Shown: piece by piece, positions 1 to 13,345 of the stretch
Numbering within the stretch: the first letter of the stretch is position 1
How the letters are laid out: every line of letters begins with the position of its first letter
NCBI GenBank assembly: GCA_030390025.1
Contig: CM059431.1
Span: forward strand, 153,514,001 to 153,578,000
DNA from: Squalus acanthias
Lineage: Eukaryota
DNA length: 64,000 nucleotides
Direction: 5' to 3'
Notes under the pieces: generated by a model
Databases searched by the model: none
The model's input: the letters and a program-made list of their open reading frames with translations, nothing else
What the model was told of the DNA's origin: nothing
Translations under genes and position numbers: made by a program

Positions 1-83
1 ATGGCTCTTTTGCGACCGGCGCAGACACGATGGGCCGAATGCCCTCCTTCTGTGCCGCACATTTCTATGATTCTATAATTCTA
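1..83 (+). mobile_element. CR1 LINE 3' terminus (hairpin plus (TTCTATGA)n-type tail)
   Basis: gacacgatgggccgaat...ttctatgattctata matches the CR1 ends at 20540-20604 and 45850-45912. Confidence 0.8.
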
Positions 84-85
84 TT

Positions 86-850
86 TTCCTTAACCTTCGC
101 TGCTCTAAACAGAACAAACCCAGCTTATCCAGTTTCTCCACGTAACTGAATTCCCAGATCCCTGGTACCATTCTGGTAAATCCCTACACCTTCTCTAATC
201 CTTGATATGCTTGCCAAAGTTTGGTGCCCAGAATTGGACACAATGCTCCAGCTGGGGCCTAAAAAGTGATTTAGAAAAGGTTAGCACTTCTTCCTGGGTT
301 GTGTTACTCTGTGTCTCTGTTTGTAAAGCCAAGGACTCCGTATGTTTTATTAGCAGCTGTCGCAAGTTGTCCTGCCACCTTTTTTTAGAATACTCCCCAG
401 GCCTGTCTGATCGTGCACAAACTTTACAATTGTACCGTTTAGTTTATATTGGCTCTGCTCATAGTTCCTACCAACATGTATCACTTCACACTTCTCTGTG
501 TTAAATTGTTTCTTCCATGAATCTGCCCATTTCACCTGTCTGTCTATGTGCTCCTAATGTCTGTTACTACCCATCTCATTGTTAGTTAACGTTTCCGAGT
601 TTACTATCACCTGCAAACTTTGAAATGATGTGCTTTCTACCCAATTTCATGGTATTGATATACATGAAAATAGCAATGGTCCCAATGCCGACCCCTGGGG
701 GACACCATTTTATGCTTCTTTCCAGACTGAAAAACAACCATTTGCCCTATTTTCTGTCTCTTAGCCAATTTCCGAGCCATATTGCCACTGCCCCTTTAAT
801 CCTATGGGCTTCAATTTTCTTATTATGTGTTAATTTATCAAACACCGTTT
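86..850 (-). mobile_element. Degenerate CR1 ORF2 (RT C-terminal) fragment
   Basis: Minus-strand peptide KWADSWKKQFNTEKCEVIH is homologous to the WQMxFNxxKCEVMHFG motif in other CR1 copies here; many stops. Confidence 0.75.
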
Positions 851-1024
851 GAAAGGATAGGGAAATTGGGAAAAGTGTGTGTACTATCAATCATAAAAGC
901 ATAGAATTGATGAGGCAAGTTATTTGACAATTTGTTTAGCGGAGCATGACGTCCGCATGGATAATAGTTCTCGCCTGGTGTCAATCAATTAATTACAAAA
1001 TCATTGATTTTATTCCCATTTTAT

Positions 1025-1228
1025 TCTTTATATTTATTTGTTCTAAGGATATTGGTGGCGCTGTTATGACCGGTATTAATTGCCAATTCCTAGTTACCCA
1101 CGAGATAATGGTGGTCAATTATCTTGAGCCGCTGCAGTCCGTGTGGTGAAGGTGCTCCCACAATCCTCTTACGGAAGGAATTTCAGGCTTTTGAGCCAGT
1201 GACGGTGAAGTAACGGCGATGTATTTGA
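1025..1228 (-). mobile_element. 3' end of a second LINE family (CR1/L2-group)
   Basis: Reverse complement of caccttcaccacacggactgcagcgg..., also seen on + at 29546-29695. Confidence 0.65.
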
Positions 1229-1229
1229 A

Positions 1230-1632
1230 GGGTTTGGTAGCATAGTGGTTTTATTGCTGGACTGGTAACCAGGTGCCCGAATGAAAAATCCTCTAGTTCA
1301 AATCTCACCAGCTGGGGAATTTAAATTAAATTAATTAAACAAATCTGGAATAAAAGGCTAGTGTCAGGAATGTTAACCATGAAACTACCGAATTGTAGTA
1401 AAAACACATCTGGTTTACGTCTCTCCTTTCGGCAAGAAAATCTGCCATCGTTAACCTTTCTGGACGAAATGTGACTCCAGACTCACAGCAATGTGTTTGT
1501 TTGTTAACTGCCCTCTGAAATGCCTTAGCAAGCCACTCAGTTGTATAATGCGTCTCAGAAGCAAATTCTCCAGGGCAATAAATGCTGGCCTTGCCAGCGA
1601 CTGCCCAGATCCGAAGAATTTATTTTTAAATT
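1230..1632 (+). mobile_element. tRNA-derived SINE with LINE-like 3' tail
   Basis: A-box-like tagcatagtgg and B-box-like gttcaaatc; tail gcaataaatgctggccttgccagcgac; second copy on minus at 25838-26243. Confidence 0.7.
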
Positions 1633-1879
1633 CCAAGTCCTGATGGTTTGTGTCTTGAAGGATTAAATTGGAGATGGTAGTGATTTGTGCTAAATTCCGA
1701 GCCGAATTCTAGCCGAATTCTAGCCCCTCATCTATGCCTCGTCCCCCTGATGCCAATTGTAGGAATCCAACTACAGCCCTGGGTGGTGAAAGTACTTACG
1801 CTAAAATACTAAACATAAACTAACTAACGTTTGGCATTTTCGGGATGAAAATTCTTTACTAGACACTTGGCAATGCGTT

Positions 1880-2010
1880 GGGGCTGAAGACAAGGTTGAG
1901 AAATTTAAAATCGAGCGATTGCCGAACCGGGAGAAAATGTAAATTAGCGAGCACAGGGGTGATGGGTGAACGGGACTTGGTGCGAGTTAGGACACGGACA
2001 GCAGAGTTTA
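1880..2010 (-). mobile_element. L2 LINE fragment
   Basis: Peptide RVLTRTKSRSPITPVLANLHFLPVRQSLDFK resembles the L2 ORF2 C-terminal HITPVLxxLHWLPV motif. Confidence 0.7.
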
Positions 2011-2504
2011 GATCAGACAGAAGTGCTTGTAAATAATTTAAGGTATAACTCTTATATCTCCTCACCCATGGAGCAATCTGACACGGAAGTTAACAAATGA
2101 CTCTGAATGGGTTGAAGCCAAGCCTTTGAGAAGCAAAATCTCAGTCCAATTCATCAGCACGCACTGACAGTTGATATCTGCCGATGTCTGCAGAAAGGGC
2201 TTAGGAATTCGTCTCGGGCGGAGGCGCTAAACGGGCGGTATCGGATCGGGCGCCCGTTACACGCAGCGCGTGATATTCAGTTCCACTGCAGTCAAAGACG
2301 GATTTCTACGCCTAAGTCTTCAATTCTTAACAGTACTTTTACAGCAAAGATTTCTCCGTAACTCTTTGAAGCCACTTCTGTGTCAACGAACTCGTCTCAG
2401 TAAACCTGCACCATCAACACCCCTGTGGTACCAAAACTCATGGTCCCCTGTTTAAAAAAATCCATTCCGGCTCTTCTTAACATACAATGTCAGAAAAAAC
2501 TCCT

Positions 2505-4505
2505 AAAGGCTTTTTAAGAGAGAGAGAGCCAGTTAAATATATGTTGTAAAGAGACTGGGCCAGGCACACAGGCTTTTTAAAGAGAGCGGATCAGTTCTAT
2601 AAAGAGACAGGATCAGACACACTGGCTTTTTAATGAGGCAAAATCATTCATCCAGGCTTTTTAAAGAGACAGGTCCAGTCACACAGCATTTAAAAGAGAC
2701 AGGACCAGTCACACCGGCTTTTGAAAAAGATGGACCAATCACAACGGTTTTTCAATGAGACACGAACAATCACACCGGCTATTTGTGTCCTGGCCAATAT
2801 TTATCCCTCAACCAAAATAACAAAAAACAGATTTTCTGGTCATTGTCACATTGCTGTTTGTGGGAACTTGCTGTGTGGAAATTGGCTGCCGCGTTTCCCA
2901 AGTCACAACAGTGCTTCAAAATACTTCATTGGCAGTAAAGCACTTAGAGACGTCCGCAAGATCCAGAAAGGCGCAATATAATCGGTAGTCATTCTTCTTT
3001 CTTTTAAAGAGACAGGTCCAGTCACACAGACCTTTAAAATAGATAGGACGAGTAACAAAGGTTTTATAAAGAGACAGGATCAGTCACACAATCATTTTAA
3101 GGAGGCAGGATCAGTCATACAGTCTTTGAAAAGAGAGAAGTCCAGTCACAATGGATTGTTAAAGAGACAGAACCAGTCACAGGCTTTTTAAAGAGACAGA
3201 ATCAGTCCCACTTGCTTTTAAAAGAACCAGAACCATTCACAAAGCGTTTTTCAAGAGTCAGGACCAGTCAAATAGGCTTTTTTAAAGAGACAGGAATAGT
3301 AACAAAGGCTTTTTAAAGAGACATGATCAGTCACACAAGCTTTTTAAAGAGACAGGAACAACCACTCAGGTTGTTTTAAGCGACATGTCCAGTCACACAG
3401 ACCTTTAAAACAGATAGGACCAGTCACAAAGGTTTTTCTCAAGAGATGGGATCAGTCAAACAGTATTTTTAAAGGGACAGGATCTATCATACAGTCCAGT
3501 AACACAGAATTCAAAAAGGAGACAGTATCATTTACACAGTCTTTTTAAAGAGACAGTATCAGTCATACAGGCTTTGTAAAGAGACAAGTCCAGTCACACA
3601 GGATTGTTAAAGAGACAGAACCAGTCACACAGGCTTTTTTGAAAGACAGACCCAGTCACAAAGGCTTTTTAAAGAGACAGAACAAGTCACACAGGGTTGT
3701 TAAGAGTCAGAATCAATCGAATTGTCCTGAAAAAGAAACTGGACCAGACAAACAGGCTTTTTAAACAGTCAGGACAAGTCCCACAGGCTTTTTAACGAGA
3801 CAGAACCAGTCAAACAGACTATTTTAAAGAGACAGGAACATTCACTCAGGCTTATTAAAGATACAGAACCAGTCATACAGGCTTTTAAAAGAGGCAGAAC
3901 AAGTCCCACAGGCTTTTTAAAGAGACAGGACAGGTCACAAGGTTTTATTTTAAAGAGACAGGGACAGTCACACAGGCTTTTGAAAGAGATAGCACCAGTT
4001 ACACAGGCTTTTTAAAGAGACAGATGAAGTGAAATTGTACTTAAAAAGAGATAGTACCAGTAACAAAGGCCTTTTAAAGAGACAGGACCAAGCATACAGG
4101 CTGCTTTACGAGTGAGGACCAGCCACACATGCTTCTTAAAGAAGTAGGAACAGTCACTCAGGCTTTTTAAGGAGACAGGACCATTCACTCAGACTTTTGA
4201 AAGAGATTGCATCAGATACTTCGGATTTTTAAAGTTACAGGACTAGTCTCACAGGCAGTTTAAAAAGACCGGTCACAAAGTCTTTATAAAGACACGTCCA
4301 GTCACACAGTCTTTGTGAAGAGGCAGGACCAATCACACAAACTTTTTTAAAGAGACAGGACAAGTCGCACAGATTTTTTAAAGAGACAGGACCAGTAACA
4401 CAGGCTTTTTAAAAAGGCAGAACCAGTCGCACAGGCTTTTTAAAGAGACAGAACCAGACACACACAATTTTAAAGGGACAGAAATAGTCACATAGGCTTT
4501 GTAAG
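2505..4505. repeat. Minisatellite, ~31-32 bp unit (aagagacaggaccagtcacacaggcttttta)
   Basis: Dozens of degenerate tandem copies with no unique spacers; interrupted by a SINE fragment at 2783-3003. Confidence 0.9.
2783..3003 (+). mobile_element. 3' half of Deu-domain SINE (SacSINE1/AmnSINE-like)
   Basis: gtgtcctggccaatatttatccctcaacc...aaggcgcaatataa is homologous to 7130-7345 and 42070-42275. Confidence 0.75.
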
Positions 4506-4687
4506 GAGAAAAAACGGTGAAAGCTCAAGGGCGTAAAAATCCCTCTCGAGCGGGCGCAAAACAAACGATTTCGGATCGGAAATTCTAGGGCTTCCTAAAT
4601 GTTCTTACAGATTATTAGGCAATTAATGTTCGCTACCAGATTGTGATCGTGAACTGAAAACGACCCCTTAGGACATGCTTATTTAGC

Positions 4688-7018
4688 AGAGGGGCAGTGC
4701 TGAGAGAGCGCTGAAATATCAGAGGGGCAGTACTGAGGGAGCACTGCACTGTCGGAGGGGTGTACTGAGGGTGCACTGCACTGTCGGAGTGTCATTACTG
4801 AGGGAGCGCTGCACTGTCGGAGGGGCAGTACTGAGGGAGTGCTGCACTGTCGGAGGGGCAGTGCTGAGGGAGTGCTGCACTGTCGGAGGGTCAGTACTGA
4901 GGGAGAGCTGCATTGTCGGAGGGTCAGTACTGAGGGAGAGCTGCATTGTCGGAGAGGAAGTACTGAGGGAGCGCTGCACTGTCGGACGGGTGTACTGAGG
5001 GAGAGCTGCACTGTCGGAGGGTCAGTACTGAGGAGTGCTGCAATGTCTGAGGGGCAGTACTGAGGGAGCGCTGCACTGTCGGGAGGTCAGTACCGAGGGC
5101 GTGCTGCATTTTCGGAGGGGCAGTACTGAGGGAGTGCTGCACTGTCAGGGTCATTACTGAGGGAGCGCTGCACTGTCGGAGTGTCAGTACTGAGAAAGCG
5201 CTGCACTGTCGGTGGTTCAGTAGTGAGGGAGTTTTGCAATGTCGGAGGGGCAGTACTGAGGGAGCGCTGCACTGTCGGGAGGTTCGTACTGAGGGTGTGC
5301 TGCACTGTTGGATGGGCAGCACTGAGGGAGCTCCGCACTGACAGTGTGGCAGTACTGAGGGAGCGCTGTACTCTCGGAGGCGCAGTGCTGAGGCAGCGCT
5401 GCACTGTCTTGTGGAAGTACTGAGGGAGCGCTACATTGTCGAATGGACAGCAATGAGGGACCGCCGCACTTTCGGAGGGGCAGTACTGAGGAAGCGCTGC
5501 AATGTCGGGAGGACAGTACTGCGGGAATGCTGCACTGTCAGAGGGGCAGCACTGAGTGAACGCTGCACTGTCAGATGGGCAGCACTGAGGGAGCTCTGCA
5601 TTGACAGTGTCGCAGTACTGAGGGAGCCCTGCACTGATAGTGTGGCAGGACTGAGGGAGCGCTGTACTTTCGGAGGCGCAGTGCTGAGGGATCGCTGCAC
5701 TGTCAGAGGGTCAGTACTAAGGGAGTGCTGCACTTTCAGAGCAGCAGCACTGAGGGAGCGCTGCACTGACAGATGGGCAGCACTGAGGGAGCGTTAAACT
5801 GTCAGTGTGGCAGTACTGAGGGAGCGCTGTACTCTCGGAGGCGCAGTGCAGAGGGACCGCTGCATTGCCTTAGGGGCAGTAATGAGGGAGCGCTACACCA
5901 GTCAGATGAACAGTAATGAGGGGGCGCTGCACTGTTGGAGCGGCAGTACTGAGGAATTGCTGCAATGTCGAAGGGGCAGTGCAGAGGCAGCAACACTGTC
6001 AAGGGGCAGTACTGAGGGAGAACTGTACTGTCTTAGGGCCATTACTGAGGGAGCGCTACACTGTCGGAGGGTCAGTACTGAGGAAGCACTGCACTTTCGG
6101 TTGTTCTGTACTGAGGGAGCGCTGCAGTATTGAATGAGCAGTACTGAGGGAGAGCTGCACTGATTGAGGGTTAGTACTGGGGACCGCTGCACTGTCGCAA
6201 GCTCAGTACTGAGGGAGCGCTACAATGTCGGAGGATCAGTGCTAAGGGAGCGCTGCACTGATGGAGAGTGAGTACTGAGGGAGTGCTGCACTGTCGGAGG
6301 ATCAGTACTGAGGGAGCGCTACACTGTCGGAGGGTGAGTCCTAAGGGAGCGCTGCACTGATGGAGAGTGAGTATTGAGGGAGTGCTGCACTGTCGGAGGA
6401 TCAGTACTGAGGGAGCGCTATACTTTCGGAGGGTCCATACGTAGGGAGCGCTGCACTGTCGGAGGATCATTACTTCGGGAGCGCTACACTGTTGGAGGGT
6501 CCATAGTGAGGGAGCGCTGCACTGTCGGATTTCAATACTGAGGAAGTGCTGCATTGTCGGAGTTTCAGTACTGAGGGAGAGCTGCACTGTCGGATGGGCA
6601 GTACTGCGGGATCGCCGAAGTGACAGAGTGGCAGTTCTGAGGGAGGGCTGCACAGATGGAGGGTCAATACTGAGGAACAGCTGCACTGATGGAGGTCATT
6701 ACTGAGGGAGCGATACATTGTCGGAGTATCAGTATTGAGGGAGCACTGCTCTTTCGGAGGGTTTGTACTGAGGGGACACTGCACTTTCGAATGTGCAGTA
6801 TTGGAGCGCTGCACTAATGGTGGGTCAGTACTGAGGGATCGCTGCACTGTCGGAGAGGCAGTACTGAGGAAGCACTGTATTGTCCGAGGGGCAATACCTG
6901 GGGAGCGCCGCACAGTCGGAGTTGCAGTACTGAGGGAGCACTGCACTCTCGGAGATGCAGTACCGAGGGAGCGCCGCACTGTCGGAGGTGCAGTACCGAG
7001 GGAGTACTGTCTTGCCGG
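4688..7018 (+). repeat. 33-bp minisatellite (gtactgagggagcgctgcactgtcggaggggca) running into a Deu-SINE body
   Basis: About 70 tandem units; the 11-aa periodic ORFs (VLRERCTVGGA) confirm the 33-bp period. Confidence 0.92.
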
Positions 7019-7345
7019 GGGGCCGTCTTTAGTTTGCGACGTTAAACCGAGGCCATGTCTGCTGACTGTCAGCTGGATGTAAAAGATTCCATTGCAATAT
7101 TCGAAGAAGTGCAGCGTAGTTATCCCCAGTATTCTGGCCAATACTTACCTCAATCAATATCACTAAAACAGATGACCAGGTCGTTATTGCAAAGCTGTTT
7201 GTGGGAACTTGCTGTTTACAAACTGGCTGCCGTGTTTCCTACTGAACAACACTTACTTCACTTCAAAAGTAGTTCTTTGGCTGTAAAGTGCTTTGGGACA
7301 TCTCAAGGTCGTTGAAGGCGCTCTACAAATGCAAGTCTTTCTTTC
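7019..7345 (+). mobile_element. Deu-domain SINE body and 3' tail
   Basis: gccgtcttt...gacgttaaaccgaggcc core, ending gcgctctacaaatgcaagtctttctttc. Confidence 0.8.
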
Positions 7346-7509
7346 TTAATAGTAACTTTCAAAAGGAAATTCGATAAATAGTTGAAAAGGCGAAATATTA
7401 AGGACTATGGGGAAACGGCTTAGTTGTTCATTACCATTCACGAAAGGATATGACAGCTTTGAAATAATCTGATCTGTTGCTTGTGGGATCGCTTGAATCT
7501 GTCTAATTT

Positions 7510-7978
7510 CATCCCAGTGAGCACGATGGTAGTGGCAAATGATACGATGGATGGTGTCCTCAGTGTGAAGGCGAGAATTATTCTCCACAAATATTGTTCA
7601 GTGGTCAGTGCTACCAATAGCGTCATGGACAGTTGCATATGCGATAGGTAGATTTGTGAGGACGAGGTCACACAGGCTATTTTCCCCTGTTGGTTCGCCC
7701 ACCACCTGCTGCAATCCCAGTCTGACAGTTCTTCAGGGCTCGGTTAATGATGGTGCTTCTGAGCCACTCTTGGTGATGGACATTGAAGTCACCCCCTTCC
7801 CCTTCCAGAGAGTATATTTCGTGCCCTTTCTGCTCTCAGTGCTTCAATCAATTGGTGTTCTGCATGAAGATGTGATGATTCATCAGCTGAATCAGGGTGG
7901 TAGGTGGTTATCAGCAGGAAGTTACCTTGCCCATGTCTGACTGGAAGCCATGAGACTTCCTTATGTCCTTAGGCAATG
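7510..7978 (-). mobile_element. LINE endonuclease fragment, left part (host of the RTE insertion)
   Basis: Degenerate APE-domain sequence that continues at 15606-15770; 8-bp direct repeat aggcaatg at 7971-7978 and 15606-15613. Confidence 0.65.
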
Positions 7979-8231
7979 GACAACTCCAACATCGACAGAC
8001 CAGAACACTGTACTGCTATCGTTGCCCGGGAGCTCAGACGTTTCAACGTAGACATCGCCGCTCTAAGTTAGACCAGGTGGGCTGTGTCAGGCCAGCTCAA
8101 AGAGCAAGGCGGTGGTTACGCCTTCTTCTGGAAAGGCAAAGCTAAACAAGAACGCCGACTTCATGGGGTAGGCTTTGCCATAAAAAATGAGCTAGTTGGA
8201 CGTCGTGGAGATTCGCCTTGTGCAATAAGTA

Positions 8232-11200
8232 AGAGGTGCAGGCAGGTAGTGCAGGGGTCCCCTGTTGCCATCCCCCTCTCAAACAGATATACCACTTTGG
8301 ATGCTGTTGGTGGGGATGACTTATCAGGGGAAGGCAGCAGCAGCCAACTTCCTGGCACCATGGGTGGCTCTGCTGCACAGGCTGGGAGGAAAAATTGTGG
8401 AAGAGCTATAGTGATAGGGGATTTAATTGTAAGGGGAATAGATAGGCGTTTCTGTGGCCGCAAACAAGACTCCAGGATAGTGTGTTGCCTCCCTGGTGCA
8501 AGGGTCAAGGACGTCTCGGAGCGGCTACAGAACATTTTGGAGGGGGAGGGCGAACAGCCAGTTGTCGTGGTGCACATAGGCATCGACGATATAGGTAAAA
8601 AACGGGATGAGGTCCTAAAAGCAGAATATAGGGAGTTAGGAGGTAAATTAAAAAATAGGACCTCAAAGGTAGTAATCTCATGATTGCTACCAGTGCCACG
8701 AGCTAGTCAGAGTAGAAATAAGAGGATATTTCAAATGAAGACGTGTTGCAAGGGGGAGGGATTTCAATTCCTTGGACATTGGAACCGGTTCTGGGGGAGG
8801 TGGGAACAGTACAAACGGGACGGTCTGCACCTGGGCAGGGCCGGGACCGATGTCCTAGGGGGAGTGTTTACTAGTGCTGTTGGGGATGGTTTAAACTAAA
8901 CTGGCACGGGGTTGGGAACCTGAGCAGGGAGACAGAGGAAAGGGAAACGAGGATAAAAGCTAAAGACAGGAAGGAGAAAAATAAAAGTAGAAGGCAAAGA
9001 ACTCAACGGTTTAAATCAAACATGGTCACAGTAAATAAAAATTCATATAGGTCTGAGAGCGTTAAAAAACAAGCCTGAAGGCTTTGTGTCTTAAAGCAAG
9101 GAGCATTCGGAAAAAGGTGGATGAATTTGCTGCGCAAATAGAGGTAAATGAATACGATTTGATTGGGATTACAGAAACATGGTTCCAGGGTGGCCAAGGC
9201 TGGGAACTCAAAATCCATGGTTATTCAATATTTAGGAAAGATAGGTAAAAAAGAAAGGGAGGTGGGGTAGCATTGCTGGTTAAAGAGGAGATTAACACAA
9301 CTGAAAGGAAGGATATTAGCTCTGATGATGCGGAATCTGTATGGGTAGAACTGAGAAATAAAATGGGGCAGAAAACGTTAGTGGGAGTGGTATATAGACC
9401 TCCAAACAGTGTTACGGAGTTTGGGGACGGCATTAAAAGGGAAATTAGAGAAGCATGCAGTAAGGGCACAGCAGTCATCATGGGTGACTTTAATTTGCAT
9501 AGAGATTGGGCTAAACAAATTAGTAAAAATACTGTGGAGGAGGAATTCCTAGAATGTTTATGGGATGATTTTCTGGAACAATATTTCGAGGAACCAACCA
9601 GAGATCAGGCCATCTTAGACTGGGTATTATGTAACGAGAAAGGATTAATTAGCAATCTTGCTGTACGAGGCCCCTTGGATCAGAGTGATAATAATATGAT
9701 ATAATTCTTCATTAGGATGGAGAGTGAAGTATTTGAATAAGAGACTAGGGTCCCGAATTTAAATAAAGGAAACTGCGATGGTATGAGGCGCGAATTGGGT
9801 ATAATTGATTGGGGAATGTCACTCAAGGGGTTTTCGGTGGATAGGCAATGGCAAACATTCAAAGACTGCATGGATGAACTACAGAATTTGTTCATCCCAG
9901 TGTGGCATAAGAATAAAACAAAAAGGATGACTCAACCATGGCTAACAAGGGAAATTAGGGATAGCATAAGATTCAAGGAGAGGGCATATAAATTGGCCAG
10001 AAAAAGCGGTAACCCTGAGGATTGGGAGCAGTTTAGGATTCAACAAAGCAGGACAAAGGGATTAATTAAGAAGGGGAAAATAGAATATGAAAGTAAGCTT
10101 GCTGGGAAAATAAAAAACTGACTGTAAGAGCTTTTATAGATATGTGAAGAGAAAAAGATTAGTGAAAACAAGTGTAGGTCCTTTGCAGTCAGAAGCGGGG
10201 GAAGTTATAATGGGGAACAAAGAAATGGTAAATCAACTAAATTCATATTTTGGTTCTGTCATCACAAAGGAGTGCACAAATAACCTCTCAGAGATGTTGG
10301 AGAACATACGGTCTGATGAAAGGGAGGAACTGAAATAAATCAGTATTTGCAGTGAAATTGAATAAGGGACATTGACGGGATTGAAGGCCGATCAATCCCC
10401 AGGGCCTGATAATCTACATCCTAGGGTACTTAAGGAAGTGGCCCTGGAAATAGTAGATGCATTGCTGATCATCTTCCAACATTCGATGGAATCTGGAACT
10501 GTACCCATAGATTGGAGGGTAGCTAATGTTACCCCACTATTCAAAAAGGGTGGTAGAGATAAAGCAGGGAATTACAGATTGGTAAGCCTGACATCGGTAG
10601 TGGGGAAAATGCTAGAGTCCATTATAAAAGATGTAATAGCTGAGCACTTGAAAAACAGTGACAGGATCGGACAAAGTCAACATGGATTTACAAAAGCTAA
10701 ATCGTGCTTGACTAATCTACTGGAACTTTTTGAAGATGTAACTGGGAAAATAGATAAGGGAGAACCAGTATATGTGGTGTATTTGGACTTTCAAAAGTCT
10801 TTCAATAAGGTACCGCATAAGAGATTAGCGTGTAAAGTTAAGGCACATGTGATTGGGGGCAAGGTATTGACTTGGATAGAGAACTGGTTGGCGGACAGAA
10901 AGCAGAGACTAGGAATTAATGGGTCTTTTTCCGAGTGGCAAGCAGTGACTAGTGGGGTACCGCAGGGATTGGTCTTGGACCCCAGTTATTCACAATATAC
11001 ATTAATGATCTAGATAAGGGAACTAAATGTAATATCACCAAGTTTGCAGATGACACAAAGCTGGGTGGGAGTGTGTGCTGCGAGGAGGATACCGAGAAAC
11101 TCCAGGATGATTTGGATAGGTTGGGTGAGTGGGCAGAAGCGTGGCAGATGCAATATAACGTGGATAAATGCGAGGTTATCAACTTTGGTGTCAAAAACAG

Positions 11201-11979
11201 AATGGCAGACTATTATCTGAATGGCAATAGATTGGGAGAAGGGGAAGTGCAACGAGACCTGGGTGTCCTTGTGCACCAGTCGCTGAAAGTAAGCATGCAG
11301 GTGCAGCAGGCGGTGAAGAAGGCAAATGGTATGTTGGCCTTCATAGCGAAAGGTTTGAGTATAGGAACAGGGATGTCCTGCTGCAGTTGTACAGGGCCTT
11401 GGTGACACCACACCTTGAGTACTGTGTGCAGTTTTGGTCGCCGTATCTGAGGAAGGATGTTCTTGCCATGGAAGGAGTTCAGCGAAGATTCACAAGGCTG
11501 ATACCTGGGATGGCAGGAGTGACATATGAGGAGAGATTGGGTCGATTGGTCTTATACTCGCTGGAGTATCGAAGAATGAGAGGGGATCTCATCGAAACAT
11601 ATAACATTCTGACAGGTCTGGACAAACTAGAAGCAGGAAGAATGTTCCCGATGGTCGGAGAGTCCAGAACCAGGGGTCATAATCTAAGGATAACAGGTAA
11701 GCCATTTAGGACAGAAATGAGGAAGAATTTCTTCACCCAGAGAGTGGTGAACCTGTGGAATTCTCTACCACAGAAGGTAGATGAGGCCAAGTCATTAAAT
11801 ATATTCAACAATGAGTTAGATATATTTCTTAAAGCTAAAGGTATCAAGGGATATGGGGAGAAGGCAGGTACAGGGTACTGAGTTTGGATGATCAGCCATG
11901 ATCTCATCGAATGGCGGAGCAGGCTCGAGGGACCGAATGGCCTACTCCTGCTCCTATCTTCTATGCTTCTAGGCTTCTA
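8232..11979 (+). mobile_element. CR1 LINE, 5'-truncated within ORF1 (SGNH esterase-like), ORF2 APE-RT with stops and frameshifts
   Basis: ORF1 RAIVIGDxIVRG and CCLPGA; ORF2 VGVVYRPP, MGDFN, YLDFQK, SGVPQG; tail ttctatgcttcta; RTE reading resumes across it (DSPCAISK / CLMTLRL). Confidence 0.93.
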
Positions 11980-12586
11980 TGCCTCATGACTCTACGACTC
12001 AAGCTAGCCCAGAACCAGTCCGCTACGGTCATCATTGTGTGCGCACCAACACTGGAAACCACAGGCGATGCCAAAGTGGAATTCTGCTCCAGCCTCGAAT
12101 AACCCTGTCCCGAGTCACAACGGGAGACAAGCTCATCCTCCTTGGCGACTTTAAGGCCAGAGTTGGAAAAGACACAGACCTCTGGGGAGGTGTGATCGGC
12201 AGAGAGGGGGTAGAGGAAGCCAAATCCAACAGTACCCTCCTCCTGACGAAATGCTTAGAACTTGGCCTTGTCATAACCAGCATCTTGTTGTGTCAGAGAG
12301 ACCATTACAAGGCGTCACGCCAACACACTCGCTCTAAGCACTGGCACCTGCTGGACTACATCATCGTCTGAGCGAGGGACAGCAACGACATCCGCATCAC
12401 TCGCGCCATGACAGGAGCTGAAGACTGCGAGACAGACCACCTTCTAATCCGGTCTGTCATCTCCATCAATGTAGCCTCAAAACAGCGGCGGCAATAGAAA
12501 CAATGCCACAGGAAAATCAACGCTGGAGCACTCAAAGCCCCTGCTAAGAAAGCCCAATGCAGCCTGTGCCTCACAACCAACCTGAT

Positions 12587-13345
12587 GGCCCAGAAATTCG
12601 GCGCTTGTCGGTGAGTACGCGCTGTGTACTCACCCGTAAGGCCACTTGAAGTGCCGGTTTCCTGCATGCACAGCGCATGCGCGGGAAACCGGAACTTCCG
12701 GTCTCGTGAAGGGAGGGGTTCAGCGGTGAACCGCCTGCGTGGGAGAGGCTGCGCGCACGCAGCATTTTTCTTGTTTTTTTCAGGTTTCTCCGAAGTTAAG
12801 TATGGAAGAAGCTGCGCTTTTAAAAAGGAGGCGCAAGACCCGTTTTTAACAAGGTAAGTGGTTAATTAATTACAATTTTAAAACATTTTCAACATGTTTA
12901 TCTTTTTTAAATACTTTAAAGAAAGCTAAGTTTATTTTTAGCACCGTTAAAATGTATAATTAATGTTTTCAAAATTTTAAATTATTGTTTAAGTAGTTAA
13001 ATTATTTAACTTATAGTTATTTTTAAAATGTGATGTTTTTTTCAATTTATTGGAAGTTTAAGTGTGGTTTTGGGGCCGATTTCAATTTATAGATTTGACA
13101 GGCCTTCCTGTCAAATCTAAGAATGAAAATGCCCTGCTAGGATTGGCTCTCCATGGCCCACGTGATCCCAGGGGATGGTTCGAACTAACTGAGCCCCTGG
13201 GACACGCAAGCACGGCGCGCCGGCAGCTTGAGGAGACCCAGGACCCGAAGTTCTCGTGGGCCCAAAAAACAACGGCAGGTGTGGTAGGTAAGTACGCGGG
13301 TGATGCTTGCACCAGCAGGAAGACAGAATACCGAATTTCTGGCCC
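12587..13345. mobile_element. Non-autonomous DNA transposon (MITE, probably PIF/Harbinger-type)
   Basis: TIRs tggcccagaaattcgg and ccgaatttctggccca (15/16 match); AT-rich core; splits the RTE ORF. Confidence 0.8.

Noticed and set aside
1230..1310. tRNA gene
   Set aside because: A/B-box-like motifs belong to a degenerate SINE head; no cloverleaf is evident
2505..4505. CRISPR-like periodicity in this and the other 26-67 bp arrays
   Set aside because: Units are head-to-tail with no unique spacers, there are no cas genes, and the context is eukaryotic
4679..7141. Many long overlapping ORFs with 11-aa periodicity (also 41061-41957 and 25012-25893)
   Set aside because: By-products of stop-poor tandem units whose length is a multiple of 3; open on both strands; no splice or domain evidence
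8084..8683. Novel endonuclease-esterase fusion protein
   Set aside because: Chance in-frame junction of the RTE and the inserted CR1; non-ATG start; both parents are decayed
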